Origin: Haliotis rubra
Lineage: Eukaryota
Direction: 5' to 3'
DNA length: 64,000 bases
Assembly (NCBI RefSeq): GCF_003918875.1
Contig: NW_025767435.1
Coordinates: forward strand, 2,046,001 to 2,110,000
Shown here: piece by piece, positions 62,145 to 64,000 of the stretch
Numbering within the stretch: the stretch's first letter is position 1
Layout: the number at the start of each line of letters is the position of its first letter
Notes under the pieces: model-generated
Database searches by the model: none
What the model saw: the letters and a program-made list of their open reading frames with translations, nothing else
Told to the model about the DNA's origin: nothing
Position numbers and translations under genes: made by a program

Positions 62145-63259
62145 ACTGGAAAACCAATCAAGTAACTTACCACGAATGTTTTGGTCAAATTTATGTGAAA
62201 TTTTCTAAAATTGTGATGTTTTTTTTAGTGAGAGCGTTTAAAGAAAATCAAAAGTGTATGGGAGTTACGACATTCGAACTTCAACCACCGTTTTGTGCAT
62301 GTAGCCCGTACCCGTTGACGAAGGTGATAGTAGCACTATGAGTTAAGATGCTAAGCCGTTGTGGAATGGCCGGCAGCAACATATTCCACGACACTAATGG
62401 CGAAACAGCAAGGTTACTCACACAGTGCGCCTCCCGCGTTAAAGTTGGGATGGATGACGAACTCCTCTACTTCCATGACCTCCATGTTGGGGTTGCGGGA
62501 GTTGTAGCTGGCACTGCCTATGGTGCTAGAACAATGCTTGCCCACCTCTACCGACAGAGCACTAGCTTGAAGGCCTCTGAAAAACAATCAGTTCTAAAGT
62601 GACTGAGTTAGGCTTACCGCCAGTTTGAGAAAGTACGTCTGTCATACCTAAATATTAACATTTTTTGGGTCAGGGGATGCAGGCCGTAATACCAGACGGC
62701 GGGTAATTGATCTGCTCTGGATAAGACAAATCACTGACTGATAGTACGAGCAGCGACCCCATCTCTGTGTATATGATGGGGTTCAGTTCTGGTACGTCTG
62801 ACTGGTTGGGGAAGAACGCGCCCTGATCAGCTCAATGTCAGAACATCACTGGTTGGTTGGTTGGTTGTAATTCCAGCTAAGTGGCGGCTGTCTGTAAATA
62901 ATCGAGTCTGGACCAGACAATCCAGTGATCAACAGTATGAGGACTAATCTACGCAAGTGGGATACGATGACATATGTCAACCAGGTCAGCGAGCTTGACC
63001 TGACCACCCGTTAGTCGCCTCTTACGACAAGCATGGGATGCTGAAGACCAATTCTTACCCGGATGTCCACGGGTACAGTCCAACAGTGAAAGCTGTACTT
63101 ACACCACACAGTGAGCCGCAGTAAGGACTTTGTTGGGTCCAATCAGACTTCCCCCGCAGGAGGCGGCTCCGAACCGGCGCAGTCCGACAGTGAATGGGTA
63201 CTTGCAGGGCGGGTCCACGTCGATTCCGCCGACTACCCGACTTGTCAAACAGGCTTCCT
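58602..63259 (-). CDS. Trypsin-like (S1A) serine protease, catalytic-domain exons; 5' exons lie outside the window or in gaps
   Basis: Exons 63259-63103 (SR|VVGG, CGGSLI, TAAHC), 62576-62422 (FVIHPNFN), 61083-60946 ([16 protein letters not shown]), 59496-59342 (LQEVDL, ICAA, EDACR) and 58757-58602 ([23 protein letters not shown]). Phases are compatible and the His-Asp-Ser triad is intact. Confidence 0.93.
61790..62143 (+). mobile_element. 3' fragment of an L2/CR1-group LINE with (TTA)n tail
   Basis: Translates to [40 protein letters not shown], typical of the L2-type ORF2 C-terminus, then a short 3' UTR and (TTA)n at 62107-62143. Confidence 0.75.
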
Positions 63260-63299
63260 CTGGAACAGGAACAACAAACATAACCATCGAAGACATTTA

Positions 63300-63365
63300 G
63301 TACTACTGCTACTACTACTACTACTACTACTGCGACTGCTGCTACTACTACTACTGCGACTGCTG

Positions 63366-63400
<35 letters not shown>

Positions 63401-64000
63401 GCTGCTGCTACTACTTCACTGTTGCGACTGCTACTACTACTACTACTACTACTACTGCGACTGCTGCTGCTACTACTNNNNNNNNNNNNNNNNNNNNNNN
63501 NNNNNNNNNNNNNNNNNNNNNNNNNNNNNNNNNNNNNNNNNNNNNNNNNNNNNNNNNNNNNNNNNNNNNNNNNNNNNNNNNNNNNNNNNNNNNNNNNNNN
63601 NNNNNNNNNNNNNNNNNNNNNNNNNNNNNNNNNNNNNNNNNNNNNNNNNNNTTGCGACTGCTGCTACTACTACTACTGCGACTGCTGCTACTGCTTCTAC
63701 TACTATACTGCTACTGCTGCTGCTACTACTACTACTACTACTGCTACTACTACTACTACTACGACTGCTGCTGCTACTACTACTACTGCGACTGCTGCTA
63801 CTNNNNNNNNNNNNNNNNNNNNNNNNNNNNNNNNNNNNNNNNNNNNNNNNNNNNNNNNNNNNNNNNNNNNNNNNNNNNNNNNNNNNNNNNNNNNNNNNNN
63901 NNNNNNNNNNNNNNNNNNNNNNNNNNNNNNNNNNNNNNNNNNNNNNNNNNNCTACTACTATTACTGCGACTGCTGCTGCTACTACTACTACTACTACTGC
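63300..64000. repeat. Compound (CTA)n/(CTG)n microsatellite with interspersed CTGCGA, broken by N gaps
   Basis: Read directly from the sequence. Confidence 0.92.

Overview
Eukaryotic (animal) genomic DNA with GT-AG introns, many short interspersed repeats and four N-gaps. The gene set and repeat types suggest a mollusc, possibly abalone-like; this is an inference. Seven protein-coding loci can be assembled by hand: the 5' part of OPLAH (-), EXOSC4/Rrp41 (+, complete), a STELLO/DUF288-like glycosyltransferase (-), a CUB-like + 3x LDLa type I membrane protein (-), a DUF1295/steroid-5-alpha-reductase-like membrane protein (-) with a tandemly duplicated exon pair, an intronless KDM8/JMJD5 (+), and the 3' part of a trypsin-like serine protease (-). 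Repeats include three SINE families, several MITEs, an L2-type LINE 3' end and mini/microsatellites. The most striking feature is a family of four short fold-back insertions (2.05, 4.5, 11.15 and 14.3-15.3 kb). Each has a 12-13 bp target-site duplication, a shared one-sided tail and arms that read as a minimal, non-canonical (U3-A8) hammerhead ribozyme with a covarying stem II. This points to a Penelope-like non-autonomous element. One copy is amplified into a 9-unit ribozyme-motif array inside EXOSC4 intron 1. Small frameshifts in three conserved genes suggest indel errors in the assembly.
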